The notes: generated by a model from the letters alone, not told the origin. Shown: positions 9,866 to 20,658, counted from the first letter of the stretch. The stretch: 50,627 nt of DNA from Dehalococcoidia bacterium (GCA_030740155.1 JASLXV010000030.1:1-50627), one strand, 5' to 3'. Program-made: numbers and translations.

Positions 9866-11074
9866 TTACGGGATCAGCCGTTGCTCCCGTAGCTCCGCCA
9901 ACTCCTGGTCGCCAAGCCCCAGCAGCTCTCGAAGCACTTCGTCCGTGTGCTGGCCCAGTGCCGGAGCAATCTTCGGCGGTACGAACGAGTCCGAAAGCTG
10001 GATCGAGCAAGCGGGCATTTGGAAGGGTCCACGGATCGGGTGCTCCAGTGTCACGATCATCCCGCGTTCCGCCAAATGTGGATCGCTATAGATGTCCTCG
10101 GCGTTCATGACTGGGCCGCAGGGCACGCCCGCTCGCCCCAGGATGTGGAACACCTCGTACTTGGTGTGCTCCATGGTCCAGGCTTGGATCAGCTCGTTGA
10201 TTTCGTCAGTATGCTCGACGACCCATTTGGGATCGGCGTAGTTGGGATTGCCGGCGAGTTCCTCACCGCCAACGGATCGCATTAGGGCCAACCACAGATT
10301 GGTGCGTCGCGGCTGGGCCGCCATGTACACGAAGTCGTCCGGGCCTCCGGGCTTGCAGGGATAGGTACGGCTTCCCGGCACGCCCTGGGGGTTGTTGCCC
10401 GCACGGGGCCGGGCCTTGTGGGTCTCATTGAAGTTGCACATGGCGGCACGGGTCAGGTTCACGACCGCGTCCTGCATCGAAACCTCCACCACCTGCCCTT
10501 TGCCGGTTGCCTGGCGCTGATATAGGGCCGCCAGTATTCCCAATGCGGCGTGAATCCCGGTGCCCGAGTCCCCGATGTTGGCGCCGGGACGGATGGGAGG
10601 GTCATCGGGCCAACCGGTAACGGCCATTGATCCGCCCGAGGCCTGAGCGACCGGATCAAAACTTTTGTATTCGGCGTATGGCCCGTAGGTCCCGAAACCC
10701 TTCACCCTGGCAAGCACGATCCTGGGGTTGACCTCACTGAGGACATCGTAGCCCAGTCCCAATCTCTCCAGGGTGCCGGGCGCCATGTTCTCCGCCACCA
10801 CGTCGCCGTGCTTCACCAGCTCAAAGAAGATGTCCTTGCCCCGTTGCTGCTTCATGTCGAGGGCGATGCTTCTCTTGTTGGCGTTCAGGTTGATGAAGTA
10901 GCCACTATCCACGCCGGGCATGTCGGAGTTTCCGTAACGGCCCGGGTCCCCGTGGGTCGGCTCCTCCACTTTGATGACATCGGCTCCCAGCCAGGCCAGA
11001 GTTTCGGTGCACGACGTACCCGCCTCGAACTGAGTCAGGTCGATTACTCGGATTCCCTCTAGTGCCTTACCCAT
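9866..11074 (-). CDS. Class III CoA-transferase (CaiB/BaiF/Frc family)
   Basis: LEGIRVIDLTQFEAG, LGADVIKVE, NANKRS, IGDSGTG (catalytic Asp), APALGQHT; AGGAGG RBS. Confidence 0.93.
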   Translation of the reverse strand: MGKALEGIRVIDLTQFEAGTSCTETLAWLGADVIKVEEPTHGDPGRYGNSDMPGVDSGYFINLNANKRSIALDMKQQRGKDIFFELVKHGDVVAENMAPGTLERLGLGYDVLSEVNPRIVLARVKGFGTYGPYAEYKSFDPVAQASGGSMAVTGWPDDPPIRPGANIGDSGTGIHAALGILAALYQRQATGKGQVVEVSMQDAVVNLTRAAMCNFNETHKARPRAGNNPQGVPGSRTYPCKPGGPDDFVYMAAQPRRTNLWLALMRSVGGEELAGNPNYADPKWVVEHTDEINELIQAWTMEHTKYEVFHILGRAGVPCGPVMNAEDIYSDPHLAERGMIVTLEHPIRGPFQMPACSIQLSDSFVPPKIAPALGQHTDEVLRELLGLGDQELAELREQRLIP

Positions 11075-11153
11075 CGGTCGTTCCTCCTAAGGGCCATCGG
11101 CGGGGCTCAATGTCTCCCGCTCCGATCTCTGGTAACGATCTTCGATCAACGCC

Positions 11154-11182
11154 AAGGTAGGATAATCCAAGTGCGCTGTCAA
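11154..11182 (-). promoter_or_regulatory. Putative sigma70 promoter for the CoA-transferase
   Basis: Minus strand TTGACA (11182-11177), 17 nt, TACCTT (11159-11154). Confidence 0.5.
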
Positions 11183-11261
11183 CCTTCTCTTCAAAGGCGC
11201 GAAGCGATCGGTTCAGCTTGCGCCGTGCCGGGATTCCCGCTGATTCGGATCCGGCTTCTTA

Positions 11262-12587
11262 CTAACCGTTGGCTGCCTCAACCGCCAGCGAGTCGGTCAC
11301 CCGCTTGGGAAGCTTGGCCTTGGGGAGGTTCCAGAAGATGAGAGCCGTGATCAGATACAAGGCAATTATCGGGATGAGGGCGTCGCGGTAGCTTCCGGTA
11401 CTATCGAACCTCCAACCCAAGTACACCGGCGTGCCGGCGGACAGAAAGCTGCCCGCGGCGTTGGCTACGCCTCTGAGGGTAGCGAAGCTTCTGCGGCCGT
11501 AGAAGTCTCCGACCAGAGACCAGGACATGCCAATGACGCCTTCGGGAAAGGCGAAAAGGGCCGCGAAGACCAGCAGCCGCCAGAGCCCGCCTCCGGGCAG
11601 GAGGAGAATCACCAGAGCCGCCGCCCCCAGGAGCATGGTGATGCCCACCATCTTCTGTTTGGCCCACTTGTCTCCGATCCAGCCAAGAATAGCCCGGAGG
11701 GGGATCGCAATAAGGGCTACGAAGGCCACGATAAAGGCGCCCGTGGCTTCCGATTGCCCTTTCCACACCACCAGGGGCACCAGGTGAACGTTGGTCCCGG
11801 AGGTGGCCGCAATCCGCAGGCCCATCGCCAACGTCAGGAGCCAGAAAGACCGGGTCCTGAACGCCTCTTTGATCGTGAAATTGACAGTCGTGATATGGCG
11901 GCTGAACCGGGACGTCTTCGCGGCCAAAACAGCCGGCCGGGCAGAGGGCGGTTCCAGGTCTCCATCGGGCAGGAGCCCCATGCTCTCCGGGGTACCGCGT
12001 ATCACAAAGGACAGGGGAATCGTGAGGGCCAGCATAATCACGCCCGAAATGATCGCGGCGGTCCGCCAGCCGGCGCTGAGCACGATGAAGGCGACGGCCG
12101 GGGTGATGGTAGCGCCACCAATCGACTGGCCCATGTAGGTTACGGACATGGCGAAGCCCTTGCGGCGAACGAACCAATTGTTGATCGCGGCCCCTATACC
12201 GTGGTTGAAGCCGGCATTCATACCCACGGAGAGGACCCCAACATACACCAGCAGGAACATGGCGAAGCTTTGAGTGAAGCCCAGCAGAATGAACCCCACC
12301 CCGGCCGTGATGCCGCCGAAAGCCACCATCTTCCGGGGGCCGAGGCGGTCCACCATATAGCCCGCCAGAGGGCCTTCGAATCCCCCTTCCAGCCGGCCCA
12401 GACTGCTGACCAGTGAGGTGGTCGCCCGGCTCAGGCCAAACTGCCGAGTCACGGGCAGGAAGTAGACTGCGAAGCCGGTCCAGTAGGCGCCGCCGCCCAG
12501 TGCGTTGAGGACTGCGCCCGCCGCCACGATCTTCCAACCGAAGAATATCTTGCGACGGGCCTTGGGGGCTGCTGACCTATCCTCCAT
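11262..12587 (-). CDS. MFS transporter
   Basis: About 12 hydrophobic segments; GYMVDRLGPR motif A; PESMGLLPDGD loop; GWIGDKW. Confidence 0.92.
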   Translation of the reverse strand: MEDRSAAPKARRKIFFGWKIVAAGAVLNALGGGAYWTGFAVYFLPVTRQFGLSRATTSLVSSLGRLEGGFEGPLAGYMVDRLGPRKMVAFGGITAGVGFILLGFTQSFAMFLLVYVGVLSVGMNAGFNHGIGAAINNWFVRRKGFAMSVTYMGQSIGGATITPAVAFIVLSAGWRTAAIISGVIMLALTIPLSFVIRGTPESMGLLPDGDLEPPSARPAVLAAKTSRFSRHITTVNFTIKEAFRTRSFWLLTLAMGLRIAATSGTNVHLVPLVVWKGQSEATGAFIVAFVALIAIPLRAILGWIGDKWAKQKMVGITMLLGAAALVILLLPGGGLWRLLVFAALFAFPEGVIGMSWSLVGDFYGRRSFATLRGVANAAGSFLSAGTPVYLGWRFDSTGSYRDALIPIIALYLITALIFWNLPKAKLPKRVTDSLAVEAANG

Positions 12588-12814
12588 GCGAGACCACTAC
12601 TCTTCCTCTATCGAAAGCCGACGGCGAATATCACCGGTATACGGCAAGCCCACGGGGCCGGGAAGCCCGATGTTGATGAAAGCGATTTCCGTCGGCGAAC
12701 GCGGATCCAAGACCCCAGTCCGGAGAGGGTCTGTAGAGGACAATATCGTGGCGGCCAACACTCGGGCGGTGGTGGAGGAAGCGCGCCTGGCGTTCGCGGA
12801 GCCGCGGTAGCCGT

Positions 12815-14026
12815 TCAACCCTGAACTATGCCTGCCTCGGAAAGCTGGTCCACCTCTTCCTCGCTGTAGCCCAGCTCCCGGAGCACCTCCCCGGTATGCT
12901 CGCCATGGAGGGGGGCGTGTTTCCGGGCGGTCATGGGGGTCTTGCTATACTTGATGGGCAATCCGTAGAAGGTGCTCTTGCCCATCTTCGGGTGCTCCAG
13001 TTCGAACATGAGCCCGTTATCTCGGAGGTGGGTGTCCTCCGTGCAGATCTCCTCGAAGGTCCGCACCGGCACTGCCCACTGGCCGTGCTCCCGGAGCAGC
13101 GGGACCCACTCGTCCCGGGTCTTTTCCAGCAGCACTTCCGCGACGAAGCTCTGAAGCTCATCCCGGTGCGCCCAGCGTTCCTCGATGCTGTTGAACCTGG
13201 GGTCTTCCCCCATCTCCGGCCGTCCCACCGCCACGCAGAACTTGAGCCAATACTCTTGCCGGTAGGTCGAGATGGCTATCTCTTTTCCGTCTTTGGTCTT
13301 CCACGACCCGTAGGGAGGCAGGGAGTGGGTTGACCCGTTCTCTGCCTTGGGAGCGGCAAACTTGTTCCCCATGAAGAAGGCGACCTGCTGAGGGTAGAGG
13401 GCAAGGAGGCTGGCAAAGAGGGAGGTCTTGACCTCCTGGCCTTCACCGGTCTCGTGCCGCGAGTAGAGGGCGCCGAGGATACCGAAGGCGGTCTGTATCC
13501 CCGTCACCGCGTCGGCGATAAAATCGCCCGCGGGCACGGAGGTCCGGTCCTTATAGCCGGTGATGCTCATCAGGCCGGCCATTGCCTGAATCTGCAGGTC
13601 CTGGCCGGGCAGGTCCTTGTACGGCCCTTTGTCGCCAAAGCCGGTAATGGAGGCGTAGACGAGCCTGGAGTTGATGCGGCTCAGGTCCTCGTAGCTCAAC
13701 CCGAGCTTCTTGACCGTGGTCGCCCGCAGGTTGACCAGAAACACGTCGGCCCGTTCGACCAGCTTGTGGATGATGAGCCGTCCCTCTTCGGTGGAGAGGT
13801 CCACGGCGATGGCGCGCTTGTTCCGGTTCATCGACAGGAAGCCGTAGCCTATCTTGCCATCCTTCATGATCGACGGGGCTGAGTTTCGCGACCGGTCCCC
13901 TTGGCCGGTGGCCTCCACTTTGATAACATCGGCGCCCATGTCGCCCAGCCATTGGGCGCAGTATGGGCCGGCCAGCATATGCGTTAGGTCCACGACCCTG
14001 ATGCCGTGCAGGAATCCTTCGCTCAT
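12815..14026 (-). CDS. Class III CoA-transferase (CaiB/BaiF family)
   Basis: LHGIRVVDLTHMLAGP, MGADVIKVE, NRNKR, FIADAVTG, APLHGEHT; start set at MSEGF (ATG 14026). Confidence 0.93.
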   Translation of the reverse strand: MSEGFLHGIRVVDLTHMLAGPYCAQWLGDMGADVIKVEATGQGDRSRNSAPSIMKDGKIGYGFLSMNRNKRAIAVDLSTEEGRLIIHKLVERADVFLVNLRATTVKKLGLSYEDLSRINSRLVYASITGFGDKGPYKDLPGQDLQIQAMAGLMSITGYKDRTSVPAGDFIADAVTGIQTAFGILGALYSRHETGEGQEVKTSLFASLLALYPQQVAFFMGNKFAAPKAENGSTHSLPPYGSWKTKDGKEIAISTYRQEYWLKFCVAVGRPEMGEDPRFNSIEERWAHRDELQSFVAEVLLEKTRDEWVPLLREHGQWAVPVRTFEEICTEDTHLRDNGLMFELEHPKMGKSTFYGLPIKYSKTPMTARKHAPLHGEHTGEVLRELGYSEEEVDQLSEAGIVQG

Positions 14027-14108
14027 GTATTGAAACCCTCGTGTTGCGCCGGGGCCTCCCGGCGTAAATCTGGTGCACCCAATTAATGGTGCTCCGGCAA
14101 CCGGCTGA

Positions 14109-14137
14109 ACCATATCACCAGCCTCCCACGCCGTCAA
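14109..14137 (-). promoter_or_regulatory. Putative sigma70 promoter
   Basis: Minus strand TTGACG (14137-14132), 17 nt, TATGGT (14114-14109). Confidence 0.45.
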
Positions 14138-14346
14138 TCTCGGCCCGGCTCCGGCAGGGCTAGCTCTCAACCAGGGTCCCAGACGATCCGCGGAAGCGGC
14201 CCCTGGTTTATTTTCTTGTAAGTAGCGTTAACTCGGCAACGATGCGCGAAATTCCCTCCCCATTACTCTCGTTCCGGAGCAAACCGGAATTCCCGGAGCC
14301 TGGGAAATCCAGAGAGGTGTTAGGCGGCTCCCGGCCTTGTTACACT

Positions 14347-14373
14347 GAGATTCCTCGCTTCGCTCGAAATGAC
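14347..14373. repeat. REP-like extragenic palindromic half-element
   Basis: GAGATTCCTCGCTTCGCTCGAAATGAC resembles common GTCATT...GAGCGAAGCGAGGAATCT intergenic repeats. Confidence 0.5.
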
Positions 14374-14490
14374 GGTGGCCCTACCCGGCATGACAACTAT
14401 CAGCACTAAGTTGGCTACGTACCGGCGGCATGGTGGCCACCCGGCAGAACACTGGTACACTATGGGAGGTCTGCGCCCAAGGTTGAATGG

Positions 14491-15753
14491 ATGCGTCTTG
14501 CTTACCGGCTAAAAGATAAACTTCCCTTTTACTACGGATGGGTGGTTGCCGCTGCTTCCGGCACCGCCGTTTTCGCCAGAATGGCCCCCGCCATAACCAC
14601 GCTGACCGTCTTTATCTATCCGATGTCCCAAGAACTGGGATGGACCCGCACCATGATATCCGGTGCGGTCAGTGCCGGGGCCCTGGCGTCGCTGCTGATC
14701 TCGCCCATTATCGGCTGGGCCATCGACCGGTTTGGCGCACGCCCGCTGTTGGTGATCAGCGTCATGATCCTGGGTGTCTCCATAGCTTCCCTGGCCTGGG
14801 CGACCGTTCCGGTGACCTTCTATCTGGCCTATGGCGCCGCCCGCGTGGTCTTCCATACTTCGGCGCCCATCGGCGCCACCACCGTGGTCTCTCAATGGTT
14901 CATCAAGAAACGGGGTAGGGCCATCGGGATAGTCTTCGCGGGAGGGGCCATCGGCGGACTGTTGTTCACCATGGCATCGGCGCTCCTGATCGACAACTAC
15001 GGCCTGAAAGTGGCGTGGATCACCCTCGGGCTAATCGTCTTGGCTGTTTCCCTCGCACCCACCCTGTTCTTGATCGTGGAGCGCCCCGAGGACATGGGGC
15101 TCAGCCCCGACGGCGAACCGAGAGAACGGCCCACCCGCGTGCTTGCCGGCGCCGCGACGCCCGAGGATCATTCATGGAAGCTGAAAGACGCCATGGGTAC
15201 CGTCCCTTTTTGGATCCTGTTCGTGATGGGGTTCGCAATCTTCTTCGTGAATTCCGGGGTGAACGTCCACATTGGGGCCTTTTACCGGGACCAGGGGCTC
15301 TCCTCGAGCATGGCTGCCACGGCCATAAGCGTGAGTTGGATAGTCGCCGCCGCCGCCAGCGTGGGGTGGGGCTGGGTGCTGGAGAAGGTAGAGGCGCGGT
15401 TCGCCTACTCGGCGATCTTGCTCATTCAGACCGTGGGTATGCTCTACCTGCTGTCGGTAAGCTCCAACGGTGAAGCGTTCGTGATTGCGGTGATGATCGG
15501 GATGGTCACCGGCGGGTCCAACGTAATTCCTTCATTTATGTATGCCAACTTCTTCGGCAGGACGCAGCTGGGCAGGATCAGGGGAGTGGGCGAGATCGGG
15601 GTCTTGCTCGGCCAGTCCACCGGGCCGCTGCTGGCCGGTATCGTCTTCGATCTCCGGGAGAGCTATTCCCTGATCTTCATAGTGTTCTCGGCGGTGAGCC
15701 TGGCCTGCAGCATGCTGGTGCTCGTGGCCAAGCAGCGCGGTTCGCCGGAATGA
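14491..15753 (+). CDS. MFS transporter (paralogue-like to 11262..12587)
   Basis: FYYGW start, GWAIDRFGAR motif A, PEDMGLSPDGE loop, about 12 TM segments. Confidence 0.92.
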   Translation: MRLAYRLKDKLPFYYGWVVAAASGTAVFARMAPAITTLTVFIYPMSQELGWTRTMISGAVSAGALASLLISPIIGWAIDRFGARPLLVISVMILGVSIASLAWATVPVTFYLAYGAARVVFHTSAPIGATTVVSQWFIKKRGRAIGIVFAGGAIGGLLFTMASALLIDNYGLKVAWITLGLIVLAVSLAPTLFLIVERPEDMGLSPDGEPRERPTRVLAGAATPEDHSWKLKDAMGTVPFWILFVMGFAIFFVNSGVNVHIGAFYRDQGLSSSMAATAISVSWIVAAAASVGWGWVLEKVEARFAYSAILLIQTVGMLYLLSVSSNGEAFVIAVMIGMVTGGSNVIPSFMYANFFGRTQLGRIRGVGEIGVLLGQSTGPLLAGIVFDLRESYSLIFIVFSAVSLACSMLVLVAKQRGSPE

Positions 15754-15898
15754 CGGACGCCCTGGGCGGGCATGGATTCGAGTTTGTTACCCCCTTGGGA
15801 TGGTCCGGCTGGGCCTGACTGCGGGTCGAGAGGCGCCCCGCCGCCCCTTGACGGCAAAGTTTGAGACAATTACTGTACGCCTGTTGAGGAGGTGGCTG

Positions 15899-17035
15899 AT
15901 GGATTTCGCACTTTCGGAAGCCCACACAATGCTGGGACGGACCTTGCGCCAATTCGTGGAGCGAGAGGTCATCCCCCTGGAACAGGTGTACAAGGGTGAA
16001 TTCAAGCTTCCCGACGAGGCGCTGCGTCCCCTTGAAGAGAAGGTGAAGGCCGCTGGGTTTTGGCAGCCAATGGTGGCGGTGGAAGACGGAGGCGGGGGCC
16101 TCGACAAGATCGGCATTGCCGTCGTCACCGAGGAGACGTGGCGTAGCGTTCTGGCCCGCACCATGACGGGTCCGAAGGTGAACGAGTTCCTCTACTACGA
16201 CTCCGACGTCATCAGGGACAAGTACCTGTATCCCACGATCCGTGGCGAAAAGCGTCCCTGCACCGCGTTCAGCGAGCCTGGCACCGGGTCCGACGTGGCT
16301 GGGATAATCACCAATGCCCAGAAGGTGGAAGGCGGATACCTGCTCAACGGCCACAAGATTTGGTCCGGCCACGCCCCGGACGCGGATTACGTTGCGGTGC
16401 TGGCCCGCATGAAGGGAACCGAGCGGCGGGAAGGCCATACCCTGTTCGTGGTGGACCGGGACGCCCCAGGGTGCACCCTCGTCCGCGCGATTCCGGCGAT
16501 GGGCCACACGGTTTTCGGCGAATGGCTCTTCCAAGACTGCTTCGTCCCCGACGCTCAGCGGACGACGCCTGAAGGAGGGGCCTGGGGCGTGTCCCAGGCA
16601 CGGTGGACCACCCACCGCTATCTGTACGGCGCCCAGAGCCTGGGTCTAGCCGGGCGTTGCCAGGACCTGGCCCTCCGGTACGTGAAGACCCGCTCTACCT
16701 TTGGACAGCCCCTGGCAAACCGCCAAGCAATCCAGTTCATGCTGGCCGAATCGGAGATAGGCCTGCAAGCCATGCGGGCCCTGGTTTACCAGGCTGCCTG
16801 GAAGGCGGAGATGGGCCTGGACGCGCGCCACGACGCCGCCATCGTGAAGGTTTTCGCCACGGAGACGGCCACCCAGGTCATCGACCGGGCTCTTCAAATT
16901 CACGGCGCCGCCGGCTACAGCACCGACTTGCCCATAGAGGTCCACTACCGCTGCATCAGGGGCTTGCGCATCTCCGACGGGCCCAGCGAGGTCCACCGGT
17001 CCGTGATCGCCCGCAACATTTTACGAGACGTCTGA
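15899..17035 (+). CDS. Acyl-CoA dehydrogenase family protein
   Basis: FSEPGTGSD, LNGHKIW, RSTFGQPLANRQAIQFMLA, QIHGAAGY, RISDGPSEV; GAGGAGG RBS before ATG 15899. Confidence 0.93.
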   Translation: MDFALSEAHTMLGRTLRQFVEREVIPLEQVYKGEFKLPDEALRPLEEKVKAAGFWQPMVAVEDGGGGLDKIGIAVVTEETWRSVLARTMTGPKVNEFLYYDSDVIRDKYLYPTIRGEKRPCTAFSEPGTGSDVAGIITNAQKVEGGYLLNGHKIWSGHAPDADYVAVLARMKGTERREGHTLFVVDRDAPGCTLVRAIPAMGHTVFGEWLFQDCFVPDAQRTTPEGGAWGVSQARWTTHRYLYGAQSLGLAGRCQDLALRYVKTRSTFGQPLANRQAIQFMLAESEIGLQAMRALVYQAAWKAEMGLDARHDAAIVKVFATETATQVIDRALQIHGAAGYSTDLPIEVHYRCIRGLRISDGPSEVHRSVIARNILRDV

Positions 17036-17137
17036 GCCGGGTTGAAGAAGGGCAACTGTGGACCGCCGTCTTAGAGGCAGGAAGCACTCGGGGCGCAAGG
17101 ACCCCAAGGGGGAAAGCGTGGCTCCCATTCTCGAGGC

Positions 17138-17587
17138 ATGATCAATCCATGGCTGTGCCGGGTGGCGGCAAGCAGCGCCGTGCTCGCATGGATGGGGCTC
17201 ATTTTCTATCTGTCCTCGTTGTCGCAAGCTGAGGTGACCAGGCCTTTGGAGTCGCCGACCGTCGCCTGGATGGGCGTCCTGCAAAGCTACGCGGCACACC
17301 TGGTACTTTACGGCGTCCTTTGCTGCCTAACCATGGCGAGCGTAGGGAGCTGGAAATCTGCCGGCGCGGTTTGTCAGATGCGGTGGGCAGTTGCTGCCGC
17401 CACGTTCGCCACGATGTATGGAGTATCCGACGAGTACCACCAGAGTTTCGCCATGGGGCGCTCCGGTTCCTTTGGCGATATTCTGGTCAATGCCTTTGCC
17501 GCAACGGGGACCGCGATTGCATTGTGTCTTATGGCCAGGTGGTTGCGTGGCCGCGCGGCGGACTTAGCCACGGTTTCGCCGCCCTAG
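17138..17587 (+). CDS. VanZ-like membrane protein
   Basis: WMGLIFYLSS, AHLVLYGVL, YGVSDEYHQSFAMGRSGSFGDILVN are VanZ hallmarks. Confidence 0.85.
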   Translation: MINPWLCRVAASSAVLAWMGLIFYLSSLSQAEVTRPLESPTVAWMGVLQSYAAHLVLYGVLCCLTMASVGSWKSAGAVCQMRWAVAAATFATMYGVSDEYHQSFAMGRSGSFGDILVNAFAATGTAIALCLMARWLRGRAADLATVSPP

Positions 17588-17695
17588 CTTTCACTCTCCC
17601 TCGTCCTATCGCCCCGCTGCCATCGAGCCGGTGTTCCGGGCATGACCGACCCTTGGCCGGATGACATAACGAGTGGCACAAAAACTAAAGGCAGG

Positions 17696-18511
17696 TCACG
17701 GCTTCGGCTCGTCAGCCAGCGTTTCAAGGCGGGGTATCTTATAGCGGTCCTCAGGGTTCACCCAGCCTTTGAAGTTGGGCTTGCGTTTTTCCGCAAATGC
17801 CTTTCGTGATTCCATCAAATCCGACTTGTCACCGTGCTCTTTAAGAGCTGCGGCCAGACGGCTCAGGTCGGGAGCGACTTTGGGGCGCATCTGCCGCATC
17901 ATGTGAATCGTATTGACCCGGGATGCGGGAGGCAGGGTTAGTAGATGCTCGGCCATCTCAAATGCCGTGGGCAACAGCTCTTCCGGATCGACCAAACGAT
18001 TGATGAACCCAATCTCGTAGAGCCGCTCGGCCTTGAAGCGGAAGCCGAGGGCCATTTCGGTAGCGACGGGGTGGGGGAGGCCGGCAAACAGCCCATGGTA
18101 ATAGCCGCCGAGCAGCCACCGTTTTGCTTCGGACACCTCGAACACCGCACCGCGAACCGCAACCCGCAGGTCCGTCCGCTCCACCATAATGAACCCGCCA
18201 CCCATGGCGAACCCGTTGACGGCCGCGATGACCGGCTTGTCGAGGGTTCCATCGTTGAAGGGGTTGGCAATCGGATTCGAAGCATTTCCCGCTTCGCCGC
18301 GTTCCAGAGATTCCTTCATGTCCTCACCGGCACAGAAGGCGCGCCCGGTGCCGGTGAGCACGGCAACCTCTAGTTCAGGGTTGTTGTTGAATTCAATGAA
18401 CGCATCCGCCATCCCAGTGCGAAGCGCGGTGCCCAAGGCGTTCAATCGGTCGGGCCGGTTCAGTTGAACCAGCATTATTTGACCATGTATCTCGGTGTTG
18501 ACCGCCGCCAT
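17696..18511 (-). CDS. Enoyl-CoA hydratase/isomerase (crotonase) family protein
   Basis: LNRPDRLNAL, AFCAGEDM, KPVIAAVNGFAMGGG, AFAEKRKP; GGAGG RBS 7 nt before ATG 18511. Confidence 0.9.
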   Translation of the reverse strand: MAAVNTEIHGQIMLVQLNRPDRLNALGTALRTGMADAFIEFNNNPELEVAVLTGTGRAFCAGEDMKESLERGEAGNASNPIANPFNDGTLDKPVIAAVNGFAMGGGFIMVERTDLRVAVRGAVFEVSEAKRWLLGGYYHGLFAGLPHPVATEMALGFRFKAERLYEIGFINRLVDPEELLPTAFEMAEHLLTLPPASRVNTIHMMRQMRPKVAPDLSRLAAALKEHGDKSDLMESRKAFAEKRKPNFKGWVNPEDRYKIPRLETLADEPKP

Positions 18512-18603
18512 TCCCAATCCTCCATGTTTAAATCGGCTAGCCCTCTAGGCCGGATTGTTTCAGACCTATCCTGCCCCGATCCGTCACCCGGAGCGTGGCT
18601 CCA

Positions 18604-20259
18604 CTACTTGCTGACCCATCTACCGTAGATGGGGTACTGACTGCAAACGAACTCGATGTAAGCGGGCTGGCCGGAATCGTTGGCCGCCGTCGCCCGCTTG
18701 AGGGCTGGGACCACCTCGGACGGCTCCGTGACCCGCTCGGCGTGGTAGCCCAACGCCCCGATAACCTTCGACATATCGACCTCGTCGTAGCCCAGCACGG
18801 TGTGGGTGAACGGGTCGTGGCCTTCGCCCCAGAATCCGGGGCCGTAGCCCGAAAAGCCGCCGTTACTGACGTGGACGATGGTGATGCCCAGCTTTCGGCG
18901 CAGCGGCACCTCCAAATTGCCCATCATATATCCCAGGCCGGCCTCTCCGGTCACCGCCACACAGTGCTTCTGCGGAAACGAAATCTTTGCCGCGATAACC
19001 GCCGCCAAGCCAAACCCCAGTGAAGAGACGTTGCCCCATCCGAGGAATCCCCGAGGCGCCAACGTCTCGTACACCGTGCTGAGCTGATCCCTGGTGTTGC
19101 CAGACTCATGGGTGACGAACGACTGGTGGGGATCGAGCACCTCCATCAGCCCGGCATAGACCCGGTACGGGTTCGTGGGCTTGTCGGTGGAGGCCATGGC
19201 CTCCCGGTATTGGGCCAGCGCCTGATCGCGGGCCGACTTGATCTCCGCCGCCACGTTTCCGGGAGGCCTGCCTTGGCCTGAGGTCTTGTCCGACAACTCC
19301 TTCGCCAACGCTTGCAGGGTGAACCGGGCGTCGCCGATCAATGACACGGCCGTGGGGTAGGCCTTATTCACGTGCAACTCATCCACGGTGGCGTGGATGA
19401 TGGTCTTGTTGACCGCGTTGGGAATTCCGTGGCTGAACCGGCCCGGCGAAAGACTGGACCCCACCGCCAGCACCAGGTCGCTTTTATTCAGATAGTGATC
19501 GACCTGGTCACCCCGGACTCCAACGAACAACGGGTGGTCCTCGGGAATGGCTCCCTTGGCTTTCAGCGTGGTGACCACCGGTGCGTTGGCCAGCTCCGCC
19601 AGCGATCTAAGTTCGGCGGAAGCGCCGGCGTAAATGACACCCTCACCAGCGTAGATCAGCGGGTTCAGGGCTTTCATCAGCAGTTCGACCGCGGCGGTAA
19701 CGTCGGCCGGATCCGGCGCCGACTTCGAGCCTTTAACCGGAACATAGGGGTCCGCCGCCTCGTCGTACTGGGCATTGGCGTCCGGGATGGCCAGCACCAC
19801 GGGGCCCGGCCGGCCGGTCCGCAGCATGGTAAAGGCGCGGCGCATGAACGCGGGCAGCCGCTCCGGCTTATCCAGGTAGCCATACCATTTTGACACCGAT
19901 TTCAAGCTGGCCGTGACGTCGAACTGGCTGTTCTCCGTGGCCCCGGCGGGCACTCCATCGGTGATACAGAGCACCGGGGAGCCGTCCTCGTAGGCCTGGG
20001 CCATCCCCGCATAAGCGACCTGCAATCCTGCGGCGTTGACCCCTCCCTGGAACGTGCAGACGCCGATCTTAGACCCGGCGTTTATCCGAGAAAAAGCATC
20101 AGCCACGGCGACGGCGTACCGGTCGTCCCTCATCATCAGCAAGGGCATACCCTCACGTCCCAGTCCGTTGTTGACCCGGCAGACCGGGAACGTGGAGACC
20201 CATTCCACGGCCTCCTGCTTGAGAATCCGGGTGATCCCGGTGGCCACGTCGATGGTCAA
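18604..20259 (-). CDS. Thiamine diphosphate-dependent enzyme family protein with atypical catalytic motifs
   Basis: Three-domain ThDP fold (RAFTMLRTGRPGPV, PLIYAGEG, SSLGFGL, TGEAG...SNGG); TTG start with GGAGG RBS. Confidence 0.88.
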   Translation of the reverse strand: MTIDVATGITRILKQEAVEWVSTFPVCRVNNGLGREGMPLLMMRDDRYAVAVADAFSRINAGSKIGVCTFQGGVNAAGLQVAYAGMAQAYEDGSPVLCITDGVPAGATENSQFDVTASLKSVSKWYGYLDKPERLPAFMRRAFTMLRTGRPGPVVLAIPDANAQYDEAADPYVPVKGSKSAPDPADVTAAVELLMKALNPLIYAGEGVIYAGASAELRSLAELANAPVVTTLKAKGAIPEDHPLFVGVRGDQVDHYLNKSDLVLAVGSSLSPGRFSHGIPNAVNKTIIHATVDELHVNKAYPTAVSLIGDARFTLQALAKELSDKTSGQGRPPGNVAAEIKSARDQALAQYREAMASTDKPTNPYRVYAGLMEVLDPHQSFVTHESGNTRDQLSTVYETLAPRGFLGWGNVSSLGFGLAAVIAAKISFPQKHCVAVTGEAGLGYMMGNLEVPLRRKLGITIVHVSNGGFSGYGPGFWGEGHDPFTHTVLGYDEVDMSKVIGALGYHAERVTEPSEVVPALKRATAANDSGQPAYIEFVCSQYPIYGRWVSK

Positions 20260-20658
20260 AATTTGTCCTCCAATTTCTCTTGGTCCCGCGTAAAGCGCAG
20301 GCAGGAACGTCGATCAGACTCGACCGTGTCGAACCGTCTTCATCGGGCTAAATGTTCACCTGGCGAATCGGGCCGCCAGGCCGTCACATCGCGTATATGT
20401 TACTACGAATTCGGCCGAATGGGCGGTGGACCGCCTGTTTTGTCGAATGGCGGCGTCAATGGGCCGGCTCCCGGCGCGCCAGGGTGCCTTGCCCAATGCT
20501 CCCGGACTCCAATAGAATACGCTCAGCTTTGGGGAAAGCCCCGGAGAGGGGGCTTGCCGCAAAAGCACTCCGGACGGTACCACACCGAGTGAAGCGAGGG
20601 GTCTGGCTGGTGGGTCCGGGCTGGGATCGAAGAACCTCGCACCTGCTCTGAGAATAGG

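Noticed and set aside
12597..12818. 73-aa ORF between the CoA-transferase and MFS genes
   Set aside because: It overlaps the upstream stop, but its composition looks non-coding and no family is recognisable.
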